58,112 nt of DNA from Burkholderiales bacterium (GTDB lineage: Bacteria; Pseudomonadota; Gammaproteobacteria; Burkholderiales; SG8-39). The position numbers and the translations under genes are program-made. The notes beneath the pieces were generated by a model. It was not told the DNA's origin. It saw only the letters and a program-made list of their open reading frames with translations, and ran no database searches. The stretch's first letter is position 1. Every line of letters begins with the position of its first letter. Of the stretch, positions 23,565-33,307 are shown piece by piece. The stretch covers positions 1 to 58,112 of the forward strand of contig DATLDY010000292.1 in assembly GCA_035525655.1 (NCBI GenBank), in the 5' to 3' direction.

Positions 23565-25937
23565 ATGCAAACAGCGCAGGACCGACGGTCTAACTTCCCG
23601 ATGTGGCTTCGTTTTGTTGGCCTGACGCTGGCCGCGCTGGCTGGCCTGGTCGCTGCTGCCGTGCTCGTGCTGGGCCTGCTTGTGGTTCTGGCCTACCCCA
23701 ACCTGCCCGAGCTCAATGCCGTCACGGCCTACCAGCCGAAGGTGCCGCTGCGCATCTATACCGCGGAAGGCGTGCTGATCGGGGAATTCGGCGAAGAGCG
23801 GCGCGCCGTGGTGGCCATCTCGGACGTGCCGGCGCAGCTCAAGCAGGCGATCATCGCCGCCGAGGATGAGCGTTTCTATCAGCACCCCGGCATCGACTAC
23901 ATCGGCGTACTGCGCGCTGCGTACGCCAACCTGGTGGCGGGCGGGCGCCGCCAAGGGGCGAGCACCATCACCATGCAGGTCGCGCGTAATTTCTTTCTCT
24001 CATCGGAGAAGACGCTCACGCGCAAGCTTTACGAGGCGCTACTGGCCTTCAAGATCGAGCACAGCCTTAACAAGGAGCAGATCCTCGAGCTGTACGTGAA
24101 CCAGATTTACCTCGGGCAGCGCGCTTATGGCTTCGGCGCAGCCTCCCAGATCTACTTCGGCAAGGCGCTGGACCAGTTGAGCCTCGGCGAGATCGCCATG
24201 CTTGCGGGGTTGCCGAAGGCGCCATCGATGTACAACCCGATTGCAAATCCGCAACGGGCGAAGCAGCGACAGCAGTATGTGCTGCGCCGCATGACCGAGT
24301 TAGGCCACATTACGACCGCCCAATTCGACGAGGCGCTAAAGGCGCCGCTGCGCGCCCGCCGGGAAGTAACTGAGTACTCGCTTCACGCGGAATATGCGGC
24401 GGAAATGGTGCGGCAGGCGCTCGCCGAGCACTACCCGGAGGACATTTATACCCGCGGCTTCCGGGTCTACACGACGCTGCGCAAAGTCGACCAGGAAACG
24501 GCGTACGAAGCACTGCGAAAGGGCGTGCTGGACTACGACCGGCGCCAAGGTTATCGCGGGCCGGAGGGCTTCTCGGAATTGCGGCCGAATGCCGGCGAAG
24601 ACGAATACGACGACGCTCTGGTCGATCACGCGGATAGCGATGACCTGCTCGCGGCCGTCGTCCTGTCGGCGGACGGCAAGCAGGTCGAGGCAGCGCTTCG
24701 CACCGGGGAAAAGCTGACGCTCACTGGTGAGGGGCTGCGCTTCGCCGCACGCGCGCTCGACCCGAAGACGGCGATGCAGAAGCGCATTCGCCGCGGCTCC
24801 ATCATCCGCGTGCAGCGCGACGGCAAGGCGTGGCAGATCGTGCAGATGCCGGAGGTCGAATCGGCATTCATTTCGCTCGATCCGCAGGACGGCGCGATCC
24901 GCGCACTGGTCGGCGGCTTTGACTTCAGCCGGGCGAAGTTCAACCATGTGACGCAGGCGTGGCGTCAACCAGGCTCCTCGTTCAAGCCGTTCATCTACTC
25001 CGCCGCCCTCGAGAAGGGATTCACGCCCGCCACGGTGGTGCCCGATGAGCCAGTCGTGCTCGAGGCAGAAGAGACCGGCAGCCAGCGCTGGGAGCCGAAG
25101 AACTACGACGGCAAATTCGAAGGTCCGATGCGGCTTCGCACCGCGCTCGCCAAGTCCAAAAACATGGTCTCGATCCGCGTCCTCGACGCCATCGGCGCCA
25201 AGTACGCCCAGGAATATGTCACTCGCTTCGGCTTCGAGCCCGAGCGCCACCCGCCTTACCTCACCATGGCGCTCGGCGCCGGCTCGGCGACGGCCTGGCA
25301 AATGGCGCGCGCCTATTCGGTGTTCGCGAACGGCGGCTATCTGGTCCAGCCGTACTTCATCCACAAAATCGTCGACGACCGCGGCAACGTGCTCGCGCTC
25401 GCCGAGCCACGTCGCGCCGGTGACGAGGCCTTGCGTGTGATCGATCCGCGCAATGCTTTCATCATGGACAACATGATGCAGGACGTGACGCGCCTGGGCA
25501 CCGCGGCGCGCGCCGCCAGGCTCGGACGCTCGGATCTCGCCGGCAAGACCGGAACGACGAACGAGTTCGTCGATGCATGGTTCGCGGGTTACCAGCCCTC
25601 GATGGTGGCGATTTCGTGGGTCGGCTTCGACCAGCCAAGGACGCTCGGCAAGAACATGACGGGCGGCGTGGTCGCGTTGCCGATCTGGCTCACCTACATG
25701 GAACGCGTATTGAAGGACGTTCCGGAAATGCCGCGCGAGATGCCACCCGGCATCGTCGTGCTGCCGACCGGCCCGTTTCCGACAGCGAGCGGCGAAACGC
25801 GCGTCACGCCCGAGTTCTTCTATCGCGAGGCCGTGCCGCCACCCGAGGTCTTACACCCGCCTTTGCCCGCCGTGCCCGCCGAGCCCGCTCAGCCTGCGCC
25901 GATCCCGGCACCGCCGCCGCCCAGCCCCCCCGCCTAG
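23565..25937 (+). CDS. mrcA: penicillin-binding protein 1A (bifunctional glycosyltransferase/transpeptidase)
   Basis: 790 aa. GT51 motifs EDERFYQHPGID and RKLYEALLAFKIE. Transpeptidase motifs SSFKP and KTGTT. Divergent from pilM. The start could alternatively be the internal Met at 23601. Confidence 0.93.
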   Translation: MQTAQDRRSNFPMWLRFVGLTLAALAGLVAAAVLVLGLLVVLAYPNLPELNAVTAYQPKVPLRIYTAEGVLIGEFGEERRAVVAISDVPAQLKQAIIAAEDERFYQHPGIDYIGVLRAAYANLVAGGRRQGASTITMQVARNFFLSSEKTLTRKLYEALLAFKIEHSLNKEQILELYVNQIYLGQRAYGFGAASQIYFGKALDQLSLGEIAMLAGLPKAPSMYNPIANPQRAKQRQQYVLRRMTELGHITTAQFDEALKAPLRARREVTEYSLHAEYAAEMVRQALAEHYPEDIYTRGFRVYTTLRKVDQETAYEALRKGVLDYDRRQGYRGPEGFSELRPNAGEDEYDDALVDHADSDDLLAAVVLSADGKQVEAALRTGEKLTLTGEGLRFAARALDPKTAMQKRIRRGSIIRVQRDGKAWQIVQMPEVESAFISLDPQDGAIRALVGGFDFSRAKFNHVTQAWRQPGSSFKPFIYSAALEKGFTPATVVPDEPVVLEAEETGSQRWEPKNYDGKFEGPMRLRTALAKSKNMVSIRVLDAIGAKYAQEYVTRFGFEPERHPPYLTMALGAGSATAWQMARAYSVFANGGYLVQPYFIHKIVDDRGNVLALAEPRRAGDEALRVIDPRNAFIMDNMMQDVTRLGTAARAARLGRSDLAGKTGTTNEFVDAWFAGYQPSMVAISWVGFDQPRTLGKNMTGGVVALPIWLTYMERVLKDVPEMPREMPPGIVVLPTGPFPTASGETRVTPEFFYREAVPPPEVLHPPLPAVPAEPAQPAPIPAPPPPSPPA

Positions 25938-26254
25938 GGCTTAAGAAGCACCGGCTGACCGCTTTGCGTGGACACGAGCCGCGACAGCGCCGCGAAAAGC
26001 TCGCCGCCGTCACGGGTATCGCGCCAAGTCGTCCCGTCCCAGCGAAAGTGGAAACCGCCCGAGCGCGCCGCAACCCAGATCTCGCGCGCGGCGCCGTGCC
26101 GGTTGATGACCATGCGCCCCCCGTCGACGAACTCAAGCTCGATGAGGCCGCCTTCCTTGCGCTCGACGTCGGCATCGACGCCGCACTCTTCGAGCGCAAC
26201 CTCGATGCGGTCGAGCGCGGCATCCGCCAGCGCGGCAAACTGTGTCTCATCCAT
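25934..26254 (-). CDS. cyaY: iron donor protein CyaY (frataxin homolog)
   Basis: 106 aa. FAALADAALDRIEVALEE...INRHGAAREIWVAARSGGFHF matches the CyaY family. Adjacent to lptM and lysA, as in other proteobacteria. Confidence 0.9.
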   Translation of the reverse strand: MDETQFAALADAALDRIEVALEECGVDADVERKEGGLIELEFVDGGRMVINRHGAAREIWVAARSGGFHFRWDGTTWRDTRDGGELFAALSRLVSTQSGQPVLLKP

Positions 26255-26273
26255 GCGTTAACATCGTGATTTT

Positions 26274-26444
26274 ATGCGCTTGCTGCTGTCGGTCGTCGCA
26301 TTAGCGCTGGCGGCAGGCGCCTGCGGTCAGAGGGGGCCGCTGTACCTGCGCGACAATCCGCCGCCCGGCGTGAAGCCGGAGAAGCGCGACACTTACAAAC
26401 CGGTCCCGTATCCGCCGCAGGCGCCGGAAGAGACCGAGCGCTAG
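26274..26444 (+). CDS. lptM: small lipoprotein LptM (YifL family)
   Basis: Below the ORF-track size cutoff. My translation is MRLLLSVVALALAAGACGQRGPLYLRDNPPPGVKPEKRDTYKPVPYPPQAPEETER. The CG.(K/R)GPLY motif follows the lipobox Cys. Position between cyaY and lysA supports the call. Confidence 0.8.
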   Translation: MRLLLSVVALALAAGACGQRGPLYLRDNPPPGVKPEKRDTYKPVPYPPQAPEETER

Positions 26445-26450
26445 AAGGCC

Positions 26451-27698
26451 GTGTCGTTCGCCTACCGCAACGGCGTACTGTGCGCCGAAGGGGTGCCGCT
26501 CGACGTTATCGCGCGGCGCTTCGGCACGCCTTGCTACGTCTATTCGCGTGCCGCGATCGAGTCCGCCTACTCAGAGTTCATCCGCGCGCTCGAAGGCCGC
26601 GACGCTCTCGTCTGCTATTCGGTCAAGGCGAACTCGAACCTCGGCGTGCTCGCGCTGCTTGCGCGCCTGGGCGCCGGATTCGACATCGTCTCGGGCGGTG
26701 AGCTCGCCCGGGTCATCGCCGCGGGCGGCGATCCGTGCAAGACGCTGTTTTCGGGGGTCGGCAAGACCGAAGTCGAGATCGAATTCGCGCTCGCCAGGGA
26801 CATCGCGTGCATCAACCTGGAATCGGAGGCCGAGCTGGAGCGCGTGGCCTCCATCGCGAAGCGGCTCGGCCGGCGGGCGCCGATCGCTTTTCGCGTTAAC
26901 CCGGACGTCGACGCGGGCACGCACCCCTATATCTCCACGGGTATGCGTGAGAACAAGTTCGGCATTGCCCATGCAGATGCGCAGCGCCTGTATATGCGCG
27001 CCGCAGGCATGCCTGAGCTCGAAGTCGTCGGCATCGGCTGCCATATCGGCTCGCTTCTCGTCGAAGCAGCGCCATTCATCGCCGCCGCGGAGCGCTTGGT
27101 GATGCTCGTCGACCGTCTCGAAGCGGCCGGCGTGCGCCTGCGGCACATCGACGTCGGCGGCGGCATCGGCATCCGCTACAAAGACGAAACGCCACAGCCT
27201 ATCGCGGCCTTCGTACGCGGCGCGCTGAGCGTTGTCGGCAAGCGCCGCCAGACATTGATTTTCGATCCGGGCCGCTCGATTGTCGGCAATGCAGGGCTTC
27301 TCCTCACCCGAGTCGAGTACGTGAAGCCCGGAGCCGCGCGCAACTTCCTGGTCGTCGACGCGGCGATGAATGACCTCATCCGCGCGCCGCTCTACGACGC
27401 GTGGCACGACGTGAAATCCGTGCGCGAGACGGAAGCCGGCGCCGCCGACGCTGTTTACGATGTCGTGGGGCCGATCTGCGAAAGCGCCGATTTCCTCGCC
27501 CGCGAGCGGCGCCTGGCCGCCCAGGCCGGGGACCTGCTCGCCGTGCTCTCCGCCGGTGCCTATGGGATGAGCATGAGCTCGAACTACAACTCGAGGCCGC
27601 GGGCGGCGGAAGTGCTGGTGGAGGGCGACGCGGCCCGTCTGGTGCGGCGCCGCGAATCCATCGGTGAGCTTTTCGCCGCCGAGCAATTGCCGGATTAG
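26451..27698 (+). CDS. lysA: diaminopimelate decarboxylase
   Basis: 415 aa with a GTG start. It has the PLP-site region YSVKANSN, GGGIGIRY and the C-terminal GAYGMSMSSNYNSR. Confidence 0.95.
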   Translation: MSFAYRNGVLCAEGVPLDVIARRFGTPCYVYSRAAIESAYSEFIRALEGRDALVCYSVKANSNLGVLALLARLGAGFDIVSGGELARVIAAGGDPCKTLFSGVGKTEVEIEFALARDIACINLESEAELERVASIAKRLGRRAPIAFRVNPDVDAGTHPYISTGMRENKFGIAHADAQRLYMRAAGMPELEVVGIGCHIGSLLVEAAPFIAAAERLVMLVDRLEAAGVRLRHIDVGGGIGIRYKDETPQPIAAFVRGALSVVGKRRQTLIFDPGRSIVGNAGLLLTRVEYVKPGAARNFLVVDAAMNDLIRAPLYDAWHDVKSVRETEAGAADAVYDVVGPICESADFLARERRLAAQAGDLLAVLSAGAYGMSMSSNYNSRPRAAEVLVEGDAARLVRRRESIGELFAAEQLPD

Positions 27699-27744
27699 GG
27701 GCGCCAGACGACAATCGGCCCCTTGCGTGAGTGACACCCCGCCC

Positions 27745-28902
27745 ATGACCCGAACCAGCCGGCGCGTACTGATCCTCGGTACGCTCGTCGCTGTTCTGAT
27801 CGCGGCCGGCATCGGCGCGTATTTCAGCCAGGACAGCCGCGCGCGCGAAAGCCGCAAAGGCGGCAAAGGCCCGCCTTCCGTGCCGGTGACCGTAGCGCGC
27901 GCCGTACAAGAGAATGTGCCGGTGCGGCTGCGGGCCATCGGCAACGTCGAGGCATTCGCCACCGTGTCGCTCAAGGCGCGCGTCGATGGCCAGATCGTCG
28001 AGGTCAACTTCAAGGAGGGCGCACCGGTCAAAAAAAGCGACGTGCTCTTCCGTATCGATCCGCGTCCCTACCAGGCCGCGTTGCGACAGGCAGAGGCGAA
28101 TGCCCTGCGCGACTCGGCCGCCCGGGACCAGGCGCAGTCGCAGGCGCGCCGGTACGAGGAACTGCTGCAGAAGAACTTCGTCTCTAAGGAGGCGTACGCC
28201 CAGATCCGCACCAACGCGGAAACCGCGGCGGCGGTAGCGAAGGCGAGCCAAGCCGCGCTCGAAAATGCCCGGCTCAATCTCGAATATTGCACGATCCGCT
28301 CACCGCTCGATGGCTTCGTCGGCAAGGTGCTCTCGCAGGCAGGCAATCTGGTGCGGGCGAACGACGTCAATCCGCTGGTCGTGATCAACCAGGTACGGCC
28401 GATCTACGTCAACTTCGCGGTACCGGAGCAAAGCCTGCCGGAGGTGCGCAAGCGCATGGCCGAGGGCACGATCGAGGTCGAGGTGCTGCCGGTGGACGCC
28501 GGGCAGGCGCATCCGACGGGCCGCCTCATCTTCATCGATAACGCCGTCGATACCACGACCGGAACCATCCGGCTACGCGCGCAGTTCGACAACGACGACG
28601 CTGCGCTCTGGCCGGGACAGTTCGTGAACCTCAGTGCGCGCCTTTACGAGGAGGCCGACGTAATCGTCGTGCCGACGCAAGCGGTACAAACCGGTCCGGA
28701 TGGCCAGTACCTTTACATCATCGACGACGACATGACCGCCCAAGTGCGACGCGTCGAGGTGAAGCGCACCGAGGGCGAACGCGCCATCCTCGGCAAAGGC
28801 GTCGCGGCCGGCGAGCGTGTCGTGACGCGCGGCCAGCTGCGCCTGGGACCCAAGGTGCGCGTGCAGATCGGCAAGCCGGGGGCGGCGGCGGAAGCGTCAT
28901 GA
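27745..28902 (+). CDS. efflux RND transporter periplasmic adaptor subunit
   Basis: ORF 27664.. trimmed to ATG 27745 (MTRTSRRVLILGTLVAVLIAAGIGAYF membrane anchor). It shows HlyD/MFP family hairpin and barrel sequence (RIDPRPYQAAL...LEYCTIRSPLDG). Overlaps the pump gene by 4 nt. Confidence 0.9.
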   Translation: MTRTSRRVLILGTLVAVLIAAGIGAYFSQDSRARESRKGGKGPPSVPVTVARAVQENVPVRLRAIGNVEAFATVSLKARVDGQIVEVNFKEGAPVKKSDVLFRIDPRPYQAALRQAEANALRDSAARDQAQSQARRYEELLQKNFVSKEAYAQIRTNAETAAAVAKASQAALENARLNLEYCTIRSPLDGFVGKVLSQAGNLVRANDVNPLVVINQVRPIYVNFAVPEQSLPEVRKRMAEGTIEVEVLPVDAGQAHPTGRLIFIDNAVDTTTGTIRLRAQFDNDDAALWPGQFVNLSARLYEEADVIVVPTQAVQTGPDGQYLYIIDDDMTAQVRRVEVKRTEGERAILGKGVAAGERVVTRGQLRLGPKVRVQIGKPGAAAEAS

Positions 28903-31900
28903 ACTTCTGCGAGTTCTGGATCCGCCGGCCGGTTACCACCGTGCTGGTCATGGTGGGCATCCTGATCTTCGGGCTCGCGGCGTATCGCCTGCTCCCCGTT
29001 TCCACCCTGCCGAACGTCGACTTTCCGACCATACAGGTGAGCGCGGAGCTGCCCGGTGCGAGCCCGGAGACGATGGCCGCGGCGGTCGCTACGCCGCTCG
29101 AGAAACAGTTCTCCACCATCTCCGGCGTGGACGAGATGAGCTCGGTGTCGAGCCAGGGCACCACGCGCATCACGCTGCAGTTCAACCTGGGCCGCGACAT
29201 CGATGGCGCGGCGCAGGACGTAAATTCGGCGATCGCCGCGACGATGCGCCAGCTGCCGGCGACCATGCCCGCGCCCCCTTCGTTCCGCAAGGTCAACCCG
29301 GCCGACTTCCCGGTGTTTTTCCTTGCGCTCACTTCGGACGCGCTGCCGCTTTCGATGGTGAGCGAGTACGCGGAGACCTATCTTGCGCAACGCCTCTCGA
29401 CCATCAGCGGCGTGGCGCAGGTGCAGGTCTTCGGGCAGCAAAAGTACGCGGTGCGCGTACAGGTCGATCCCAACGCGATGGCGGCGCGCGGTGTGGGAAT
29501 AAACGAAGTCGAGCAGGCCGTATCGAACGCCAACGTAAACCTGCCGACCGGCACGCTCTACGGCAAGGACCGCATGTTCGCGGTGCAGGCGACCGGGCAG
29601 CTGCAGAACGCTGCTGCGTTCCGCCCGATCATCGTCACCTACCGCAACGGCTCGCCGATCCGCCTGGAGGAGCTCGGGCGCGTCATCGACAGCGTGCAAA
29701 ACGACAAGACCGCCGCCTGGTACAAGGACAAGCGCGGCATCGTGCTCGCCATCTTCCGCCAGCCCGGCACCAACACCATCCAGGTTGTGGACGACGTCAA
29801 GAAGCTGCTGCCAACCTTCCGCGCCGAAGTGCCGCCGGCAATCGACATCCAGGTGCTGTATGACCGCTCGCAGACGATCCGCGCATCGGTGGAGGAGGTC
29901 CAGTTCACGCTGATCCTCGCGCTGGCGCTCGTCGTCCTGGTGATCTTCCTCTTCCTGCGCAATGTAGCGGCGACGATCATCCCTTCGCTCGCGCTGCCGT
30001 TGTGCATCGTGGGCACCTTCGCGGTGATGTATTTGCTCGGCTACAGCCTGGACAACATCTCGCTCATGGCCCTTACGCTGTGTGTCGGGTTCGTGGTCGA
30101 CGATGCCATCGTCATGCTGGAAAACATCACCCGCCACATCGAGCAGGGCAAGAGCGTCATGCAGGCGACGCTCGACGGCTCGCGCGAGATCGTATTCACC
30201 ATCATCTCCATGACGATTTCGCTCGCCGCAGTGTTCATCCCGGTGCTTTTCATGGGCGGCATCCTGGGACGTCTGCTGAACGAGTTCGCGGTCACCATCA
30301 TGGCCGCAGTGCTGATCTCCGGCATTGTGTCGCTCACCCTCACGCCCATGATGTGCAGCCGGATCCTCAAGCCGCATCGCGCGGACGAGCGGCACGGCCG
30401 CCTGTACATGGCGTTCGAGCGCGCCTTCGATGCGGTGCGCGACACGTACGACGTCACGTTGCGCTGGGCGCTGCGCCACCGGCGCATGGTGATGGTCCTC
30501 TTCCTGGGTGTTTGTGTCGCCACCGTCTGGCTGTTCCAGCGCTCGCCGAAGGGCTTCCTGCCGTCGGAGGACGCGGGGCAGATCTTCTGCTTCGTGGAAG
30601 GACCCCAGGACAGCTCGTTCGAGGCCATGGTGGCGCTGCAGCGCCAGGTGGCGGAGATCGTGCGCCAGGACCCGAACGTCGATGCCGTCATGTCCTTCGT
30701 CGGCGCGGGCGGCCTGTCGGCTTCGCTCAACGTCGGGCGGATCACAATCAACCTGAAGCCGTTCAACGAGAGGAAGCCGGCCGAGCAGGTGGTGCGCGAG
30801 CTGCGGCCGAAAGTCGCCAACATCCTCGGCGCCAAGGTCTTCGTGCAGAACGTTCCGGCGATCCGCATCGGTGGTCAGCTCACCCGAAGCCCCTACCAGT
30901 ACGTCATGCGTAGCGCCAACGTAGAGGAGCTCTACCAGTGGGCGCCGCTCATCGAGCAGAAGCTGCGCGCCCTGCCGGGCCTGGTCGACGTGTCGAGCGA
31001 CCTGCAAATCACGCGGCCGGAAGTCACCGTGCAGATCGAGCGCGAGAAAGCCTCGTCGCTAGGTGTCTCGGCACAGCAGATCGAGATGGCTCTCAACAAT
31101 GCGTACGGCGCCCGCCAGGTTTCGACGATCTATACGTCGACCAACCAGTATTTCGTCATCCTCGAGCTGGCGCCGCGCTATCAGACCGACCCCTCGGTGC
31201 TGCCGATGCTGTACGTGCGCTCCTCGACCGGCGCGCTCGTGCCGCTCAATGCCGTAGCGAAGCTAACGTACGGCGTGGGCCCGATGCAGGTGACGCACCT
31301 CGGCCAGCTGCCCTCGGTCACCTTCTCATTCGACCTTCGTCCGGGCGTCGCGCTTTCGCAGGCGATCGAGCAGGTCCAGGCCGGCGCGCGCGAGCTGCAG
31401 GTGCCGGCGACCCTGACGGGAACCTTCTCCGGCACCGCCCAGGCCTACCAGGCTTCGCTCGCCGGTATGGGCATCCTGATCCTGCTCGCCATCATCGTGA
31501 TCTACCTTGTGCTCGGCATCCTGTACGAGAGCTTCATCCATCCACTCACCATCCTGTCCGGTTTGCCGACCGCGGGCCTCGGCGCCCTGCTGACGCTGCT
31601 CGCCTTCAACGTCGAGCTGAACATGTACGCGTTCGTCGGCATGATCATGCTGATCGGTATCGTCAAGAAAAACGCGATCATCATGATCGACTTCGCCATT
31701 GACGCGCAGCGCACGCACGGCATGCCGGCCGAGCAGGCGATCTACCAGGCCGGCCTGATCCGCTTCCGGCCGATCATGATGACCACCATGGCGGCGCTGA
31801 TGGGAAGCCTGCCGATCGCCATCGGCCTGGGCGCGGGCGGCGGCGCGCGCATGCCGCTCGGCCTCGCGGTGGTCGGCGGCCTGCTGGTGTCGCAGGTGTT

Positions 31901-32015
31901 GACGCTCTACATCACGCCGGTGATCTACCTGTACTTCGAGCGTCTCCAGGTCTGGCTCAACCGATCCAAGAAAGCAGAGGCGCCGCTCGATGCCGGTCAA
32001 CCCAGAAGCGCGTAG
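28899..32015 (+). CDS. efflux RND transporter permease subunit (AcrB/MdtB/MdtC-like)
   Basis: 1038 aa. The N-terminus FWIRRPVTTVLVMVGILIFG...LPNVDFPTIQV is typical of HAE1 pumps, and the protein has 12-TM architecture. No outer-membrane factor gene lies adjacent. Confidence 0.95.
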   Translation: MNFCEFWIRRPVTTVLVMVGILIFGLAAYRLLPVSTLPNVDFPTIQVSAELPGASPETMAAAVATPLEKQFSTISGVDEMSSVSSQGTTRITLQFNLGRDIDGAAQDVNSAIAATMRQLPATMPAPPSFRKVNPADFPVFFLALTSDALPLSMVSEYAETYLAQRLSTISGVAQVQVFGQQKYAVRVQVDPNAMAARGVGINEVEQAVSNANVNLPTGTLYGKDRMFAVQATGQLQNAAAFRPIIVTYRNGSPIRLEELGRVIDSVQNDKTAAWYKDKRGIVLAIFRQPGTNTIQVVDDVKKLLPTFRAEVPPAIDIQVLYDRSQTIRASVEEVQFTLILALALVVLVIFLFLRNVAATIIPSLALPLCIVGTFAVMYLLGYSLDNISLMALTLCVGFVVDDAIVMLENITRHIEQGKSVMQATLDGSREIVFTIISMTISLAAVFIPVLFMGGILGRLLNEFAVTIMAAVLISGIVSLTLTPMMCSRILKPHRADERHGRLYMAFERAFDAVRDTYDVTLRWALRHRRMVMVLFLGVCVATVWLFQRSPKGFLPSEDAGQIFCFVEGPQDSSFEAMVALQRQVAEIVRQDPNVDAVMSFVGAGGLSASLNVGRITINLKPFNERKPAEQVVRELRPKVANILGAKVFVQNVPAIRIGGQLTRSPYQYVMRSANVEELYQWAPLIEQKLRALPGLVDVSSDLQITRPEVTVQIEREKASSLGVSAQQIEMALNNAYGARQVSTIYTSTNQYFVILELAPRYQTDPSVLPMLYVRSSTGALVPLNAVAKLTYGVGPMQVTHLGQLPSVTFSFDLRPGVALSQAIEQVQAGARELQVPATLTGTFSGTAQAYQASLAGMGILILLAIIVIYLVLGILYESFIHPLTILSGLPTAGLGALLTLLAFNVELNMYAFVGMIMLIGIVKKNAIIMIDFAIDAQRTHGMPAEQAIYQAGLIRFRPIMMTTMAALMGSLPIAIGLGAGGGARMPLGLAVVGGLLVSQVLTLYITPVIYLYFERLQVWLNRSKKAEAPLDAGQPRSA

Positions 32016-32781
32016 CCTCGCGGTTTTCTGCGACTTCGAGAACGTCGCGCTCGGCGTGCGCGAGGCGAAGTACTCGCAGTTCGACATGGAAAAGGTGCTC
32101 GAGCGCCTCCTTCTCAAGGGCTCGATCGTGGTGAAGAAGGCCTACTGCGACTGGGAGCGCTATAAGGAATTCAAGGCCGCCATGCACGGCGCCTCCTTCG
32201 AGCTGATCGAGATCCCGCATGTGCGCCAGTCGGGCAAGAACTCCGCCGACATCCGGATGGTCGTCGACGCGCTCGACCTTTGCTACACCAAGGCACACGT
32301 CGACACCTTCGTCATCGTGAGCGGCGATTCGGACTTCTCGCCGCTCGTGTCGAAGCTGCGCGAAAACGCGAAGACGGTAATCGGCGTCGGGGTAAAGAAT
32401 TCGAGCTCCGACCTGTTGATCGCGAACTGCGACGAGTTCATCTACTACGACGACCTCGTGCGCCAGGACGAGCAAAAGCGCCGCGCGGCAAAGAAGCGTC
32501 GGGATGCCGCGCCGGGCGGTGAGGAGAAAGGCGACAAGAAGCAGGAAGCGTTCGACCTCGTGGTCGAGACGTTGAATGCATTGATGACCGAGCGCGGCGA
32601 GGACGAGCGCATCTGGGGCTCGATGATCAAGCAGGCGCTGAAGCGGCGTAAGCCGGGCTTCAACGAGTCCTACTACGGCTTCCGCGCTTTTTCCGACCTG
32701 CTGGAAGATGCCGAGAAAAAAGGCCTGGTCAGGCTCGAGCCGGACGAGAAGTCCGGCGGCTATCTCATCCGGCCGGCCTAG
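31990..32781 (+). CDS. NYN (LabA-like, PIN-fold) domain protein with C-terminal OST-HTH/LOTUS-like domain
   Basis: 263 aa. SLAVFCDFENV...ADIRMVVDALD...FVIVSGDSDFSPLV is the NYN/LabA acidic-residue pattern. The C-terminal WGSMIKQALKRRKPGFNESYYGFRAFSDLLEDAEKKGLV resembles OST-HTH. The ATG lies 26 nt inside the pump gene. Confidence 0.8.
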   Translation: MPVNPEARSLAVFCDFENVALGVREAKYSQFDMEKVLERLLLKGSIVVKKAYCDWERYKEFKAAMHGASFELIEIPHVRQSGKNSADIRMVVDALDLCYTKAHVDTFVIVSGDSDFSPLVSKLRENAKTVIGVGVKNSSSDLLIANCDEFIYYDDLVRQDEQKRRAAKKRRDAAPGGEEKGDKKQEAFDLVVETLNALMTERGEDERIWGSMIKQALKRRKPGFNESYYGFRAFSDLLEDAEKKGLVRLEPDEKSGGYLIRPA

Positions 32782-33304
32782 CCCCGCCGACCTGGAGGCG
32801 GCGCGCGCCAAGAGGCTGCGCGACGTCATCGCGCCCGGACTCAAGGTCCTCTTCTGCGGCATCAACCCGGGGCTTTATTCGGCAGCGACCGGCAACCACT
32901 TCGCGCGGCCCGGAAACCGCTTCTGGCCGGCGCTGCACGGTGCGGGCTTCACGCCGCGGCGGCTGCACCCTTCCGAGAAAGATTTGCTGCTCGAGGCGGG
33001 CTACGGCCTAACTAACCTGGTGGGCCGTGCCACGGCTAGCGCAGACGAACTCGCGCCGGACGAGCTCACCTCCGGACGAACGCGTCTCGCCGCCAAAGTG
33101 CGGCGCTATAGGCCGCAAATCGTCGCTTTTCTCGGCATGGGCGCTTACCGCCATGCTTTCGGCGTCCCTAAGGCGACGTTGGGGGAGCAGCCGGAGCGGT
33201 TCGAAGGCGCGCGCGTGTGGGTGCTTCCCAGCCCAAGCGGCCTCAACGCCAGCTACCAGATGGACGCTCTGGTGACGCTGCTGCGTGAGCTGCGGCGGGC
33301 CTGA
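32708..33304 (+). CDS. mug: G/U mismatch-specific DNA glycosylase
   Basis: VLFCGINPGLYSAATGNHFARPGNRFW matches the Mug GINPG...NRFW active-site motifs. The only canonical start in frame is ATG 32708, which overlaps the NYN gene by 74 nt. The conserved core begins near residue 40, so the real start is uncertain. Confidence 0.85.
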   Translation: MPRKKAWSGSSRTRSPAAISSGRPSPADLEAARAKRLRDVIAPGLKVLFCGINPGLYSAATGNHFARPGNRFWPALHGAGFTPRRLHPSEKDLLLEAGYGLTNLVGRATASADELAPDELTSGRTRLAAKVRRYRPQIVAFLGMGAYRHAFGVPKATLGEQPERFEGARVWVLPSPSGLNASYQMDALVTLLRELRRA

Positions 33305-33307
33305 AGG

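Noticed and set aside
25934-25937. PBP1A and cyaY stop codons share the palindrome CTAG.
   Set aside because: It is real but trivial. It is a consequence of TAG stops on both strands, and I have no functional claim beyond the general convergent-overlap observation.
28713-31007. 764-aa minus-strand ORF opposite the RND pump. Similar antisense ORFs lie opposite other genes (419..1603, 2257..3945, 18431..19954, 22333..23427, 41986..43407, 43454..44653, 46240..47820, 49268..50854).
   Set aside because: These are shadow ORFs opposite genes with strong family signatures. They have no motifs and biased composition.
32708-32781. A programmed +1 frameshift fusing the NYN protein to Mug, suggested by the 74-nt overlap.
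   Set aside because: I see no slippery sequence or stimulatory structure. An uncertain or non-canonical mug start explains the overlap more simply.
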